From a virus (Duplodnaviria > Caudoviricetes), in the IMG/VR virus record IMGVR_UViG_3300037467_000310, positions 1 through 47,936 of that record: a DNA stretch of 47,936 nt; one strand, 5' to 3'. The notes beneath the pieces were generated by a model, which searched no databases, was not told where the DNA came from, and was given only the letters and a program-made list of their open reading frames with translations. The position numbers and the translations under genes were made by a program. Every line of letters begins with the position of its first letter. Position 1 is the first letter of the stretch. Below are positions 33,189-42,560 of the stretch, piece after piece.

Positions 33189-34073
33189 ATGCGCACCTGC
33201 GCCCTCTGCCAAAGTCCCATCCCATCTGACCGCCACGGCAAAGCTAAGTACTGCACGATCCAATGCAGCCGCAAAGCCAACCGTGATAAGTCCACAGTCG
33301 AATGCAGTAAGGATGGATGCACCCGATTTGTGCGAGCGCGAGGAGTATGCGCCTCCCATTACAACCAGGCTTATGCGCCCACTCGCCACGTCAAGAAGCT
33401 GGTCGCCTGCGCATGGTGCGGGACAGAAGTACTCAAGCATACTGGCGGTGGACGCAAGTATGGTCCGGTGTGCTCAGACCAATGCCGCCAGTACCTTGCC
33501 ACACCATACTGCGTACTACCTAAAGACCACTGGGCTCGATGGTACGGCAAGGCAAGCACTTGGACGCCGCCCAAGCAAAGCGCCTCCAGATACGTCAGCA
33601 ACACGTGCGACGATTGTGGCACGCGCTTCACCGAATACAACCCGCACAACGTGCTAGCCAACTACAGTCGTTACTGCTCGGACCAGTGCAGTGCACGAGT
33701 ATCAAGACGGGCACGTAAAGCCAGAGAGCATAGCGCTTCAGGAACATACCGATGGGGCGAAGTTATCAAGCTGTGGATCGCATCAGGTAGGCGCTGTAGC
33801 TACTGCGATGTGGTCATGGCTGAACAGCCTGACCCCGATCATGTTGTACCCCTGAGTCGTGGCGGACGTAATGACATGGGCAACATCCTTCCCGCCTGTC
33901 ACCTGTGCAACTCTGACAAGTGTGACCTGACATTGGAAGAGTGGGCAGCCGAGCGAGCGAGACTAGGTAAGCCGCCCGTTCGCACGGCTCTGCCATTCAC
34001 TGACAGCCGCTTCCGACACCTCACATTAGACACTGCACAAGGCCTTGCATGGAGACATCAAAGCGCCGCATGA
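33189..34073 (+). CDS. HNH endonuclease with multiple N-terminal zinc fingers
   Basis: Repeated CxxC...CSxxC; 'CSYC...DHVVPLSRGG..N...ACHLCNSDK'; GGAG RBS. Confidence 0.9.
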   Translation: MRTCALCQSPIPSDRHGKAKYCTIQCSRKANRDKSTVECSKDGCTRFVRARGVCASHYNQAYAPTRHVKKLVACAWCGTEVLKHTGGGRKYGPVCSDQCRQYLATPYCVLPKDHWARWYGKASTWTPPKQSASRYVSNTCDDCGTRFTEYNPHNVLANYSRYCSDQCSARVSRRARKAREHSASGTYRWGEVIKLWIASGRRCSYCDVVMAEQPDPDHVVPLSRGGRNDMGNILPACHLCNSDKCDLTLEEWAAERARLGKPPVRTALPFTDSRFRHLTLDTAQGLAWRHQSAA

Positions 34074-34113
34074 CGACGTGGGGGATCTACATAACCGCAG
34101 GTTCCTGCCCCAC

Positions 34114-34122
34114 CGCTGGTGA
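34114..34122 (+). other. Candidate cos site (CGCTGGTGA)
   Basis: Non-coding gap between HNH and terminase small subunit; resembles 9-nt 3' overhangs recalled for related Arthrobacter temperate phages. Confidence 0.4.
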
Positions 34123-34184
34123 GGGCGCCGTACCGCGCGGATAGTTCAGACCTTCCGGGGAACCGGCTATTTTGAGGGGGCATC

Positions 34185-34721
34185 ATGGGGCGTGGAGGTG
34201 CTAGGAATAGATCTGGCCCGCCTGCCGATCCTTTGTCCGCCCGTTCAGATTCTCGTGGCTTAAAGTTCTCTGCCTTGCCGCGCGAGGGGTTTGATGGTGA
34301 GGCGCCGGCGTTCCCTCTAGGGAAGATCAACGTGTACTACACGTACAAGGATGACAAGGGTAAGCCTGTCCGCGAGTTCGACGCGGATGCGACACAGGAG
34401 AGGTTCACTCGTGAGCTTGAGTTGTGGGCTTGGGCGTGGACTACTCCGCAAGCTGCTGCTTGGTTCGTTGAACCCTGGCGGTGGTACAGCGTGGCTTTGT
34501 GGGTGCGGACGGCGGCTGTGTGTGAGTCATCTGATGCCCAAGCGGCGGATAAGAATTCGTTGCATCGTTTTGCGGATCAGATTGGTTTGACTCCTGCCGG
34601 GATGAAAGAGAACGGCTGGGCGCTTGCTGCTGACGAAGTGCAAGAGAAGCGGGACGAGAAGCCTGCTGCTACGTCTCAGGCTGCGCCTAAGCGCCGTCTG
34701 AGGGCTGTCGGTGGAGACTAA
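34185..34721 (+). CDS. terS: Terminase small subunit
   Basis: 'GGARNRSGP', 'W...W.TPQA..W', 'IGLTPAG'; precedes large subunit. Confidence 0.8.
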   Translation: MGRGGARNRSGPPADPLSARSDSRGLKFSALPREGFDGEAPAFPLGKINVYYTYKDDKGKPVREFDADATQERFTRELELWAWAWTTPQAAAWFVEPWRWYSVALWVRTAAVCESSDAQAADKNSLHRFADQIGLTPAGMKENGWALAADEVQEKRDEKPAATSQAAPKRRLRAVGGD

Positions 34722-35772
34722 CGGGTTCCTGGTTGATTTCCCTACGCTTGGGGATCTTTTGGATGCTTGGTATGAGCAGCATTGTCGTGTGCCTGATGGG
34801 TTTACTCGTGGTGCTGCGTTCAAGATGTCTGATTGGCAGTTTTGGTGCACGGCGAATCATTATCGGATCCGTCCTGATGCTGTGTGGGTTCCTGAGAAGC
34901 CGTTGCTTAACCAGGCGTTCACGTATCGACGTTCGCAGGTTGTTGCTCCGCAGAAGACGGGTAAGGGCCCTTGGGCTGCTGCTACTACTACTGGCGAGGC
35001 TGTTGGGCCGACGATTTTCGCTGGTTGGGCTGAGGACGGCGATGTTTATTCGTGCGCTGATAATGGCTGCGGTTGTGGTTGGACGTATGAGTACATTGCT
35101 GGTGAGCCGAAGGGTGTTCGTCACCCGTCGCCGTTGATTCAGTTGACTGCCACGTCTGAGGATCAGGTGGATAACATTCTTCGCCCGTTGAAGGCGATGA
35201 TCCGGCTTGGTCCGTTGTCTGATTTGTTGCTGATCCGTGAGGATTTCATCCGCATTGTGGGTGAGGGCGGCGATGAGGACATGGACCGTATTGATGCGGT
35301 TACGTCTAATGCTCAGTCGAAGCTTGGTAACCCGATTTCGTTTGCGTTTCAGGATGAGTCTGGGCTGTATACGAAGACGAACAAGATGATCAAGGTTGCT
35401 GAGACTCAGCGTCGTGGTGCTGCTGGTATGGGTGGCAGGACGATTGAGACGACGAATGCTTGGGATCCTTCTGAGAATAGTACGGCGCAGCGGACGTTTG
35501 AGTCGCAGTCGCAGGATGTTTTCAAGTTCTTCCGGCAGCCTCCCCCGCATTTGTCGTATGGGAACAAGCGCGATAGGGCCCTGATCCATAAGTACGTGTA
35601 TGAGGGTTCGCCGTGGGTTGATTTGAACTCTATTGAGGGTGAAGCTTCGGAGCTTATGGAGACTGATCGGGCGCAGGCTGAACGGTTTTTCGGTAATCGT
35701 TTGGTGTCTGGTTCTGGTGCTTGGTTGAAGGATGGTGCCTGGGATGCCGCGTATGCAGGAGTGGTTACCTAA
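34711..35772 (+). CDS. terL: Terminase large subunit, ATPase domain
   Basis: Walker A 'PQKTGKG', 'ATSEDQ', Walker B 'AFQDE', coupling motif 'TTN'. Confidence 0.88.
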   Translation: METNGFLVDFPTLGDLLDAWYEQHCRVPDGFTRGAAFKMSDWQFWCTANHYRIRPDAVWVPEKPLLNQAFTYRRSQVVAPQKTGKGPWAAATTTGEAVGPTIFAGWAEDGDVYSCADNGCGCGWTYEYIAGEPKGVRHPSPLIQLTATSEDQVDNILRPLKAMIRLGPLSDLLLIREDFIRIVGEGGDEDMDRIDAVTSNAQSKLGNPISFAFQDESGLYTKTNKMIKVAETQRRGAAGMGGRTIETTNAWDPSENSTAQRTFESQSQDVFKFFRQPPPHLSYGNKRDRALIHKYVYEGSPWVDLNSIEGEASELMETDRAQAERFFGNRLVSGSGAWLKDGAWDAAYAGVVT

Positions 35773-36358
35773 CCCGCCTGACGGAACTTCGATCTGCCTT
35801 GGATTCGATGGTTCTGAAAACAATGACTGGACGGCTATTCAAGCTGAGACATTCGATGGGTTTTCGTTTAGCCCGCGCTATGGTCCTGATCGACGGGCCG
35901 CGATCTGGAACCCTGCCGAGTGGAACGGGCAAATCCCCCGGCCTGAGGTTCACGCAGCGGTTGATGAACTGTTCTCGCGGTACAGGGTCGAGAGGTTCTA
36001 TTGTGACCCGCAGGATTGGTTCTCTGAAATTGGGGATTGGTCTTTGAAGTACGGCGACGAGCATGTGTTTGAGTGGCCCACGAACCGTATCAAGGCGATG
36101 TATGCGGAGATTAAGCGTTTTGAGATTGATCTTTCCACTCGCCGTATAACGCACGATGGGTGCCCTATTGCCGCCATTCATATGGCGAATGCTCGTAAGG
36201 CTGCGAAACCGGGTCAGCAGTATGTGCTGATTAAGCCTGCCGATCACCAAAAGATTGACGCTGTGATGGCGCGGATTCTCGCTCACACTGCCGCCAGTGA
36301 CGCCAGGGAAGGCGGCTGGGACCCCACGCCAAAGCGGCGCCGGGTTGTTGTTTCTTAG
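35753..36358 (+). CDS. terL: Terminase large subunit, nuclease domain (separate ORF)
   Basis: 'LGFDGS..NDWTA', 'YCDP', 'KIDAVMA'; overlaps ATPase ORF end. Confidence 0.85.
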   Translation: MQEWLPNPPDGTSICLGFDGSENNDWTAIQAETFDGFSFSPRYGPDRRAAIWNPAEWNGQIPRPEVHAAVDELFSRYRVERFYCDPQDWFSEIGDWSLKYGDEHVFEWPTNRIKAMYAEIKRFEIDLSTRRITHDGCPIAAIHMANARKAAKPGQQYVLIKPADHQKIDAVMARILAHTAASDAREGGWDPTPKRRRVVVS

Positions 36359-36373
36359 TCGAAGGAGGGCCAA

Positions 36374-37708
36374 ATGGCTGTTTCTGATGCCCTTGTTCGG
36401 TTGAATGCCAAGCTTGCCGATCAGATCCCCGGTTTAGATCGGGTTGATAAGTACTTTGAGGGTGAGCAGCCCTTGAAGTACATGGCTCAGGCGATGCAAT
36501 CGGAGATTGGCGACAGGGTCAGCCAATTGGTTCTCAACTGGCTGAGGTTCGGCGCGGAGGCGTACGAGAATCGCCTTGATGTTGAGGGGTTCCGGTATCG
36601 CGGGCAGTCATCCTCGGATGACGAGCTTTGGCGAATTTGGCAAGCCAATGGTCTTGATGAGCAGTCTCAGCAGGCTCATTTGGATGCCTTGGTGTTGGGA
36701 CGCTCGTATGTCATTGTTGGCGCTGCCGATGATGATACAGGCGACCCTATTGTGACTGTTGAGAGCCCTTTTCAGGTGTTTGCTGAGCGGGATCCCAGGA
36801 CGCGCAGGGTTTCCGCAGCCATCAAGCGTTGGCAGGATGGCGAGGGTAAGGATGCGGTTCAGCGTGCGACTCTGTACCTTCCTAATTCCACCCAATCGTT
36901 CATAAGCACCAAGGACGGGTGGGCCGCCGAAGGCGAAGAAGATCAGCACGGACTGGGTGTTGTCCCTGTTGTTCCTCTAGTGAACCGTCCGCGGATCTTG
37001 CGCCCCGATGGCTTGTCAGAGTTCCAGGATGTCATTCCGGTCGCTGATGCGGCTAACAAGATGGCTACGGACATGATGGTTAGCGCGGAGTATCACGCTA
37101 TGCCTCGACGCTGGGCTGTTGGGTTATCCGCGAATGACTTTGTTGACGCGAACGGAAATCCGATTAGCGTGTGGTCGCGAGATACAGGCACATTATGGGG
37201 CTCCGAGAATAAAGATGTGAAGTTTGGTCAGTTTGAAGAGTCCGACCTGACGGTGTTCCATAACTCCATCAAGCTCTTGGCTCAGCTCGCGTCTCAGATG
37301 CTCGCCTTGCCGCCACATTATTTGTCTTTCGTGGGGGACAATCCCGCGTCCGCTGACGCTATTCGCTCGTCCGAGACTCAGCTAGTGAAGCGCGTTGAGC
37401 GTAAGCACACATACTTTGGCGGCTCTTGGGAGGATGTGCAGCGCCTTGTCCTCCGCATCAAGTCTGGTGCGTGGGACGAACAAGCTAAGACGCTTGAGAC
37501 TGTATGGCGGGATCCGTCTACGCCAACTGTCGCACAGGTTGCTGACGCGACAGTTAAGAAGGTCCAAACGGGCATTGTTCCTATCGAACAGGCGCGCATT
37601 GACCTTGGCTACACACAGCAACAGCGGGACAACATGTTGGAGATGGACGCTCGTGCTAAGTCGAATCCTGACATCGCGAGCCTGGCTAGGGCTGTGAACG
37701 GCGAATGA
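36374..37708 (+). CDS. Portal protein (SPP1 gp6-like)
   Basis: 'YFEGEQ', 'HGLGVVPVVPLVNR', 'NPASADAI'; AAGGAGG RBS. Confidence 0.92.
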   Translation: MAVSDALVRLNAKLADQIPGLDRVDKYFEGEQPLKYMAQAMQSEIGDRVSQLVLNWLRFGAEAYENRLDVEGFRYRGQSSSDDELWRIWQANGLDEQSQQAHLDALVLGRSYVIVGAADDDTGDPIVTVESPFQVFAERDPRTRRVSAAIKRWQDGEGKDAVQRATLYLPNSTQSFISTKDGWAAEGEEDQHGLGVVPVVPLVNRPRILRPDGLSEFQDVIPVADAANKMATDMMVSAEYHAMPRRWAVGLSANDFVDANGNPISVWSRDTGTLWGSENKDVKFGQFEESDLTVFHNSIKLLAQLASQMLALPPHYLSFVGDNPASADAIRSSETQLVKRVERKHTYFGGSWEDVQRLVLRIKSGAWDEQAKTLETVWRDPSTPTVAQVADATVKKVQTGIVPIEQARIDLGYTQQQRDNMLEMDARAKSNPDIASLARAVNGE

Positions 37709-37845
37709 TCCCCCGCAAGAGGCGTCTGTTGTTTGTTGGCGTGGAAAAGCACATTGGCATCTATTTTCACGTGTGGCGTGATGATGCTACCGGCAAGCGG
37801 TGGGCTTCCCCTTCTAGGGATTACGCCAAGCAGTAGGGAGTAGTC

Positions 37846-39057
37846 ATGGTTCCGGATGCTGCTGTGGAGCATTACAAGGCGATGCAGCGGCTTCAGGCGT
37901 TGGTTGTGTTGCAGGCTGCTGATTTGTGGTCTGAGGTTAGTTTGTCTTCTTTGGATGGTTCGTGGGCGGCGCAGGTTCCTTTGTTGGTGCCTGCGCTTAC
38001 GAGTGTCCAGGTTAAGGCTGCTGCTGCGGGCGCGTCTTATGGTGCGATGACGCTTGCGGATCAGGGTTTGTATGAGGCGCCGCAGCATTTTGTGGATCCT
38101 GCCGGGTTCGCTGGGCGGGCGTCTGATGGTAGGACCCTTGAGGGTCTTCTGTGGGGCCCGGTTCCGCATGTGAAGACGCTGATTGGTGGCGGGATGGATC
38201 CGCGTAAGGCGTTGAAGTCTGGCGGTTCCTTTTTGACCACGATCATGCGCACGCAAGTTGCCGACGCGGGTCGTGCTGCTGCTGGTGTGGATGTGGCGAC
38301 TAAGCCGCGAATTTCCTACGTACGGATGCTGAACCCACCCTCATGCTCGAGATGCTCGATCTTGGCGGGGCGCGTGTATCGGTGGAACGTTGGGTTTGCC
38401 AGGCATAAGCGCTGTGATTGCGTGCATGTGCAGACTACTTCTCGTGCTGCTGCTGAGACTGAGGGTCTGGTTCATGACCCTTACGAGTATTTCCGGTCTT
38501 TGTCTCCCGCTGAGCAGGACAGGAACTATACGAAGGCGGGTGCTCAGGCGATCCGTGATGGTGGTGACATCTTCCAGGTTGTGAATAGCCGGCGTGGGAT
38601 GAGGCCGGGTGGTCTGACTACGACTGAGGGCACTTCTAAGCGGGGGAATTTCGGGCGGAATGGTCCGCGCCTGACTCCTGAGGCTATTTATGGCAAGGGT
38701 TTGGGCCGTGAGGCGACTCTTAAGGAGCTTGAACGGTATGGGTATATTTTGCCGGGCGGTCAGGATCCTGCTGGCGTGATTCGTGGTCAGGTTGAGGGTT
38801 TTGGTGCGCTGGGTCGTGGTGGTACACGGGTTGGTGCTCGTGAGGCTATTTTGCGTGCTCGTGAGACTGGTGTTCGTGATCCGAAGGTTCGGGCGACCAT
38901 GACTGCTGCCGAACGCCGTGTTTTTGATGCTCAGGCTAACTGGGATGCCGTCCGTGCTGGACGCAACCCGTTCACGAACGCGAAGAACGCGAAAGTGACA
39001 CCCGAAATCGCCGCCCGCGTTGAACGCGAGTACCGCAAATACATTCTCGGCTACTAA
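37846..39057 (+). CDS. Minor capsid / MuF-like head morphogenesis protein
   Basis: 'CSRCSILAG...F.RH..CDC' motif; after portal. Confidence 0.75.
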   Translation: MVPDAAVEHYKAMQRLQALVVLQAADLWSEVSLSSLDGSWAAQVPLLVPALTSVQVKAAAAGASYGAMTLADQGLYEAPQHFVDPAGFAGRASDGRTLEGLLWGPVPHVKTLIGGGMDPRKALKSGGSFLTTIMRTQVADAGRAAAGVDVATKPRISYVRMLNPPSCSRCSILAGRVYRWNVGFARHKRCDCVHVQTTSRAAAETEGLVHDPYEYFRSLSPAEQDRNYTKAGAQAIRDGGDIFQVVNSRRGMRPGGLTTTEGTSKRGNFGRNGPRLTPEAIYGKGLGREATLKELERYGYILPGGQDPAGVIRGQVEGFGALGRGGTRVGAREAILRARETGVRDPKVRATMTAAERRVFDAQANWDAVRAGRNPFTNAKNAKVTPEIAARVEREYRKYILGY

Positions 39058-39122
39058 GGCCGTTAGAACTCCCCGGATTCATAAGCATAGGCCGGGGCGG
39101 GCTGCGCCCGTTACAGCGCTTT

Positions 39123-39193
39123 GTGGAGTTGGTGAAGTGGTATCACGTCGGTCTCCAAAACCGAAGTCGCAGGTTCGATTCCTGCACGCTGCG
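39123..39193 (+). tRNA. tRNA-Trp(CCA), second copy, in head module
   Basis: GTGA/TCAC D-arm, TCGGT-CTCCAAA-ACCGA, GCAGG-TTCGATT-CCTGC, G73; weak acceptor stem. Confidence 0.85.
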
Positions 39194-39268
39194 CTTTCCT
39201 ATTCCGGGATGGATGAGGAAGAGCAAGACCAGCCGTGATGGCTAAGAAAACAATCAGATCAGGAGGCC

Positions 39269-39775
39269 GTGATGGCTGACGAATTGAACCCCACTGTGGA
39301 CCCGGTTGACCCGGTAACACCTGACCCTGTGGAACCTGGTGAGCCTGCTGGCGACCCTGAACCCACGGCGCCTGCGCCTGAAGCTGCTGAGCTTGAACGG
39401 CTGCGCGCGGCACTGGCTAAAGCGAACAAGGATTCCGAAAGGAACCGTGCTCGTTTGAAGGAGCTTGACGACGCGAAGTTGTCAGAGATTGAGAAGGCCC
39501 GGCGTGATGCTGAAGAGGCTGCTCAGGAACTGGCGAATCTTCGCAAGGACAGTCTCCGTCAGAAGGTGGCCCTTGAGACTGGGTTGCCTGCTAAGTGGGT
39601 TGCTCGCCTTCACGGCGACGATGAGGAATCTTTGCGTGCTGATGCTGCGGAGATTCTTGCTGATCTGAACAAGGCACGGAAGCCGGCGCCGGACCCTTCG
39701 CAGGGGCCCCGTACTAACGCGCTTTCTGAAGAAGACAAACTCTACGAATCCATCTTTGGATCAAGGAAGGCCTAA
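39269..39775 (+). CDS. Scaffolding protein
   Basis: Acidic Pro-rich N-terminus, coiled coil, 'PDPSQG'; AGGAGG RBS. Confidence 0.85.
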   Translation: MMADELNPTVDPVDPVTPDPVEPGEPAGDPEPTAPAPEAAELERLRAALAKANKDSERNRARLKELDDAKLSEIEKARRDAEEAAQELANLRKDSLRQKVALETGLPAKWVARLHGDDEESLRADAAEILADLNKARKPAPDPSQGPRTNALSEEDKLYESIFGSRKA

Positions 39776-39778
39776 ACA

Positions 39779-40168
39779 ATGGCTGAGTACCTTCCGGTTA
39801 AAAACCCGGGCGAGGCGCTGCCTCTGACAGCGTCCGCAACCATCACTGGCGGTCAGCTTGTTGCTGTCTCTGGTGTTTCTACTGTCGCCCCCGCTGGCGC
39901 TAACGCCCTGAACTGGGTTGGTGTGGCTGCGTTTGACGCTGCTGTTGGCGATTTGGTGACCATCCTTGGCGGCGGGGTGCAGGAGCTCGTTACTACGGGA
40001 ACTGTGACTGCTGGCGATGTTGTTGTTCCTGCTGCTGCGGGCACTGTGTCCACTCTGGCTGCTGTGACTACGCCGACTGCTGCGGATGTTACTAACACCC
40101 GCGCCATTCTTGGTGTCGCCCTGACCACCGCTACGACTGGGCTTAAAGTCCAGGTTCTCGTTCGCTAA
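39779..40168 (+). CDS. Capsid decoration/cement protein
   Basis: Ala/Thr/Val-rich 129 aa between scaffold and capsid. Confidence 0.7.
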   Translation: MAEYLPVKNPGEALPLTASATITGGQLVAVSGVSTVAPAGANALNWVGVAAFDAAVGDLVTILGGGVQELVTTGTVTAGDVVVPAAAGTVSTLAAVTTPTAADVTNTRAILGVALTTATTGLKVQVLVR

Positions 40169-40180
40169 GGAGCCCTTTAA

Positions 40181-41095
40181 GTGTCTTACTCTTACCCTCC
40201 CGTTGCGCCCACTTTCTCTGGTGACAACGAAACCATTTCCCGCTTCCTGAACACCCCGTCTGTTGTGGCGCGGCGTGTGCAGGATCTTACGATGAACCGG
40301 TTCATTGCTGACGTGCTGCTTACGGGCCGCACGGATGTTTCTGGTGGCGCTATCACGTATGACGTGGATGAGGACAACTTCACTGTTCGTCCTGTCACGG
40401 CTGTGTCCCCCGGTGGCGAGTATGACTTGACCACGATTGCCAACGGCACCCCTCAGGTTGCCAAGGTTACCAAGTGGGGTCAGGACACTGAGGTGACTGA
40501 CGAGGGTATCAAGCGTCAGAACTTCTCCGCCGTGGATAAGGGCCTTGGCAAGCTTGGTAACTCTGTGATCAAGAAGGTTGACTCGATCAGTCTTTCCTTG
40601 ATCGCTTCTACGGTTACCGCGACTCAGGCTGTCACTTCTGGTGCGTGGTCCGTTTCTGGTACTGCTGCGATCCTCCGTGACATCATGCTTGCGAAGTCGA
40701 AGGTTACCGCCCTGAACCGCGGCTACGACCCGAATGTGATTGTTGTGGATGACATCACTTGGGCTTACCTTGCCTCTGATGAGAAGGTCATGACTGCTCG
40801 TGCTCGCGAGGATTCGGCTAACTCGATCTACACGGGCAGCTTCCCGACCATTGCTGGTATGACGGTTCTCCCGACGCCGAACATCCCTGGTGGTTCTGGT
40901 GCGTGGCTGATCGACACGACCGCTCTTGGTGGTATCGCTGACGAGGATCTTGGCGGCAACTACACGAAGGCCGGCGTCATCGAGACGAAGGTTATCCGTG
41001 AGGAAAAGAACGACAAGTGGCGCCTGCGTGCCCGTCGTGTCTGCGTGCCGTACGTGACTGAGCCTGGCGCCGCGATCAAGATCACTGGCGTCTAG
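40181..41095 (+). CDS. Major capsid protein
   Basis: 304 aa, 'V.PGGEY', 'KWG', C-terminal 'EPGAAIKITGV'; TAAGGAG RBS. Confidence 0.9.
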   Translation: MSYSYPPVAPTFSGDNETISRFLNTPSVVARRVQDLTMNRFIADVLLTGRTDVSGGAITYDVDEDNFTVRPVTAVSPGGEYDLTTIANGTPQVAKVTKWGQDTEVTDEGIKRQNFSAVDKGLGKLGNSVIKKVDSISLSLIASTVTATQAVTSGAWSVSGTAAILRDIMLAKSKVTALNRGYDPNVIVVDDITWAYLASDEKVMTARAREDSANSIYTGSFPTIAGMTVLPTPNIPGGSGAWLIDTTALGGIADEDLGGNYTKAGVIETKVIREEKNDKWRLRARRVCVPYVTEPGAAIKITGV

Positions 41096-41106
41096 GGGGC
41101 CCTTTC

Positions 41107-41397
41107 ATGGCTTATCTGGTTACTGCCCCTTTGGTGTCTGTTAAGGACGCTGCGGGCAAATACACCTATTTCTATGAGGGCGCTACGGTGCCTGACGGGT
41201 TCGACAAGGTGAATCTTGCGGGCCTTGCTGAGGCTGGTCTGGTCAAGGAGATTGTCCCGGAGTCCGATGAGGTTCCTGAGGGCGATCCTTCTGAGGGCTG
41301 GACGGTCAAGCAGCTCAAGGCTTACGCGGATGCTAAGGGCGTTGACCTTGGCGACGCGAAGTCCAAGGGCGATGTTCTCGCCGCTGTTAGCAAGTAG
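41107..41397 (+). CDS. Small virion protein with HeH/Rho-N-like tail
   Basis: 'WTVKQLKAYA...K.K.DVL'. Confidence 0.6.
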   Translation: MAYLVTAPLVSVKDAAGKYTYFYEGATVPDGFDKVNLAGLAEAGLVKEIVPESDEVPEGDPSEGWTVKQLKAYADAKGVDLGDAKSKGDVLAAVSK

Positions 41398-41413
41398 TTA
41401 GGGAGGGGACGTT

Positions 41414-41791
41414 ATGGCTGTTGTTGTGACTCCTGAGGATGTTGCTGCGGGATGGCGTCCCCTCACTACGGCTGAGGTTACGACTGCTGAGGGCCTGATT
41501 GTTGAGGCTTTGGTGCTGCTTGCTGTGAAGGCCCCAGGGTATGAGTCGTTTCCTGAGGCTTTGGCTCGGTTTGCTGTTGCGCGTGCGGTGCGTCGGGTGT
41601 TGAAGAACCCTGATGGTTATCGTGTGCGCGGCACTGAGTCAATCGATGATTACTCAGTGAGTGGCGGGACCGTTGACAACACGTTGTCCACTGGCGAGAT
41701 TTATTTCTCTGACGAGGAACTGTCTTGGTTTGGTGTCCGGCCTGAGGGTTCGGCTCCGAAGGCTTTTGAGATCCGGTTGGGGGGCTCATGA
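41414..41791 (+). CDS. Head-to-tail adaptor
   Basis: 'WRPLT..E', 'V.RVLKNPDG...E..DDYS'. Confidence 0.8.
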   Translation: MAVVVTPEDVAAGWRPLTTAEVTTAEGLIVEALVLLAVKAPGYESFPEALARFAVARAVRRVLKNPDGYRVRGTESIDDYSVSGGTVDNTLSTGEIYFSDEELSWFGVRPEGSAPKAFEIRLGGS

Positions 41792-42180
41792 GTTTCGTTG
41801 ACATCGTTAATCAGGGCCGAAACGCTGCTGAGGCCCTGATGTTGGATACGTGTACGGTGCATCGTCCTGGCGTGCCGGTGACGGACAGTGATGGCAACGT
41901 AACCGCGTCTCTGACCCTGTTGTATACGGGTCCGTGTAAGTTTCAGCAAACCCTTGCTCAGTCGTCTAATCCTGTGGCTGGTGGTCATGCTTATACGGTG
42001 CAGGATACGCGGTGGGATACGCCGGTTGGTGAGGGCCCGTTTGAGGTGGATGACGTAGTAACGATCATCGGTGCCGTGTTGGATCCTCAGCTTGTTGGGC
42101 GGGTGTTTCGGGTGACTGATCCTTTCCATAAGACGGGGGCGACTGCGCAGCGCACACGGGTTGAGGAAGTGACCGCGTGA
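41788..42180 (+). CDS. Head-to-tail stopper (DUF6093-like)
   Basis: 'GR.AAEALM.DTC', 'YTGPCK', 'TAQR..VEE'. Confidence 0.75.
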   Translation: MSFVDIVNQGRNAAEALMLDTCTVHRPGVPVTDSDGNVTASLTLLYTGPCKFQQTLAQSSNPVAGGHAYTVQDTRWDTPVGEGPFEVDDVVTIIGAVLDPQLVGRVFRVTDPFHKTGATAQRTRVEEVTA

Positions 42181-42560
42181 GTGATGGTGTTGAGGAAGTC
42201 CGACGTCTCGCTTCGAACCTTGGCCGGATTGCTGGGTCTGCCGTTGAGGATGTTGATGCTGTCCTGAAGAAGGGTATGCAGAACATTAAGACGGAGATGC
42301 AGGCTGATGTGTCAGGTTCGGAGCATTTCAAGGGAATGGCTGGTTCGATCACTTATGAGTCTCGTTATTCTCCGGGCGTGGTTCGTTATGTGGGTGGTCC
42401 TGATAAGGGCCGGCGTGGTGGCGCGTTGGGGAACATCTACTATTTCGGCACTAGCCGTGGTGGTGGTTCTGGTGACATTGATAAGCCGTTGCGTTCTGAG
42501 GAACCGCGTACTGTGTCGGCGCTTGAGGCTTTGGCTGCGAGATGGGCGGGCCGGTTGTGA
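42177..42560 (+). CDS. Neck protein (HK97 gp10 position)
   Basis: 'GPDK...LGNI..FGTS'; synteny. Confidence 0.65.
   Translation: MSDGVEEVRRLASNLGRIAGSAVEDVDAVLKKGMQNIKTEMQADVSGSEHFKGMAGSITYESRYSPGVVRYVGGPDKGRRGGALGNIYYFGTSRGGGSGDIDKPLRSEEPRTVSALEALAARWAGRL

Noticed and set aside
34711-36358. Terminase pseudogene
   Set aside because: Both halves retain catalytic motifs and the break is at the domain boundary
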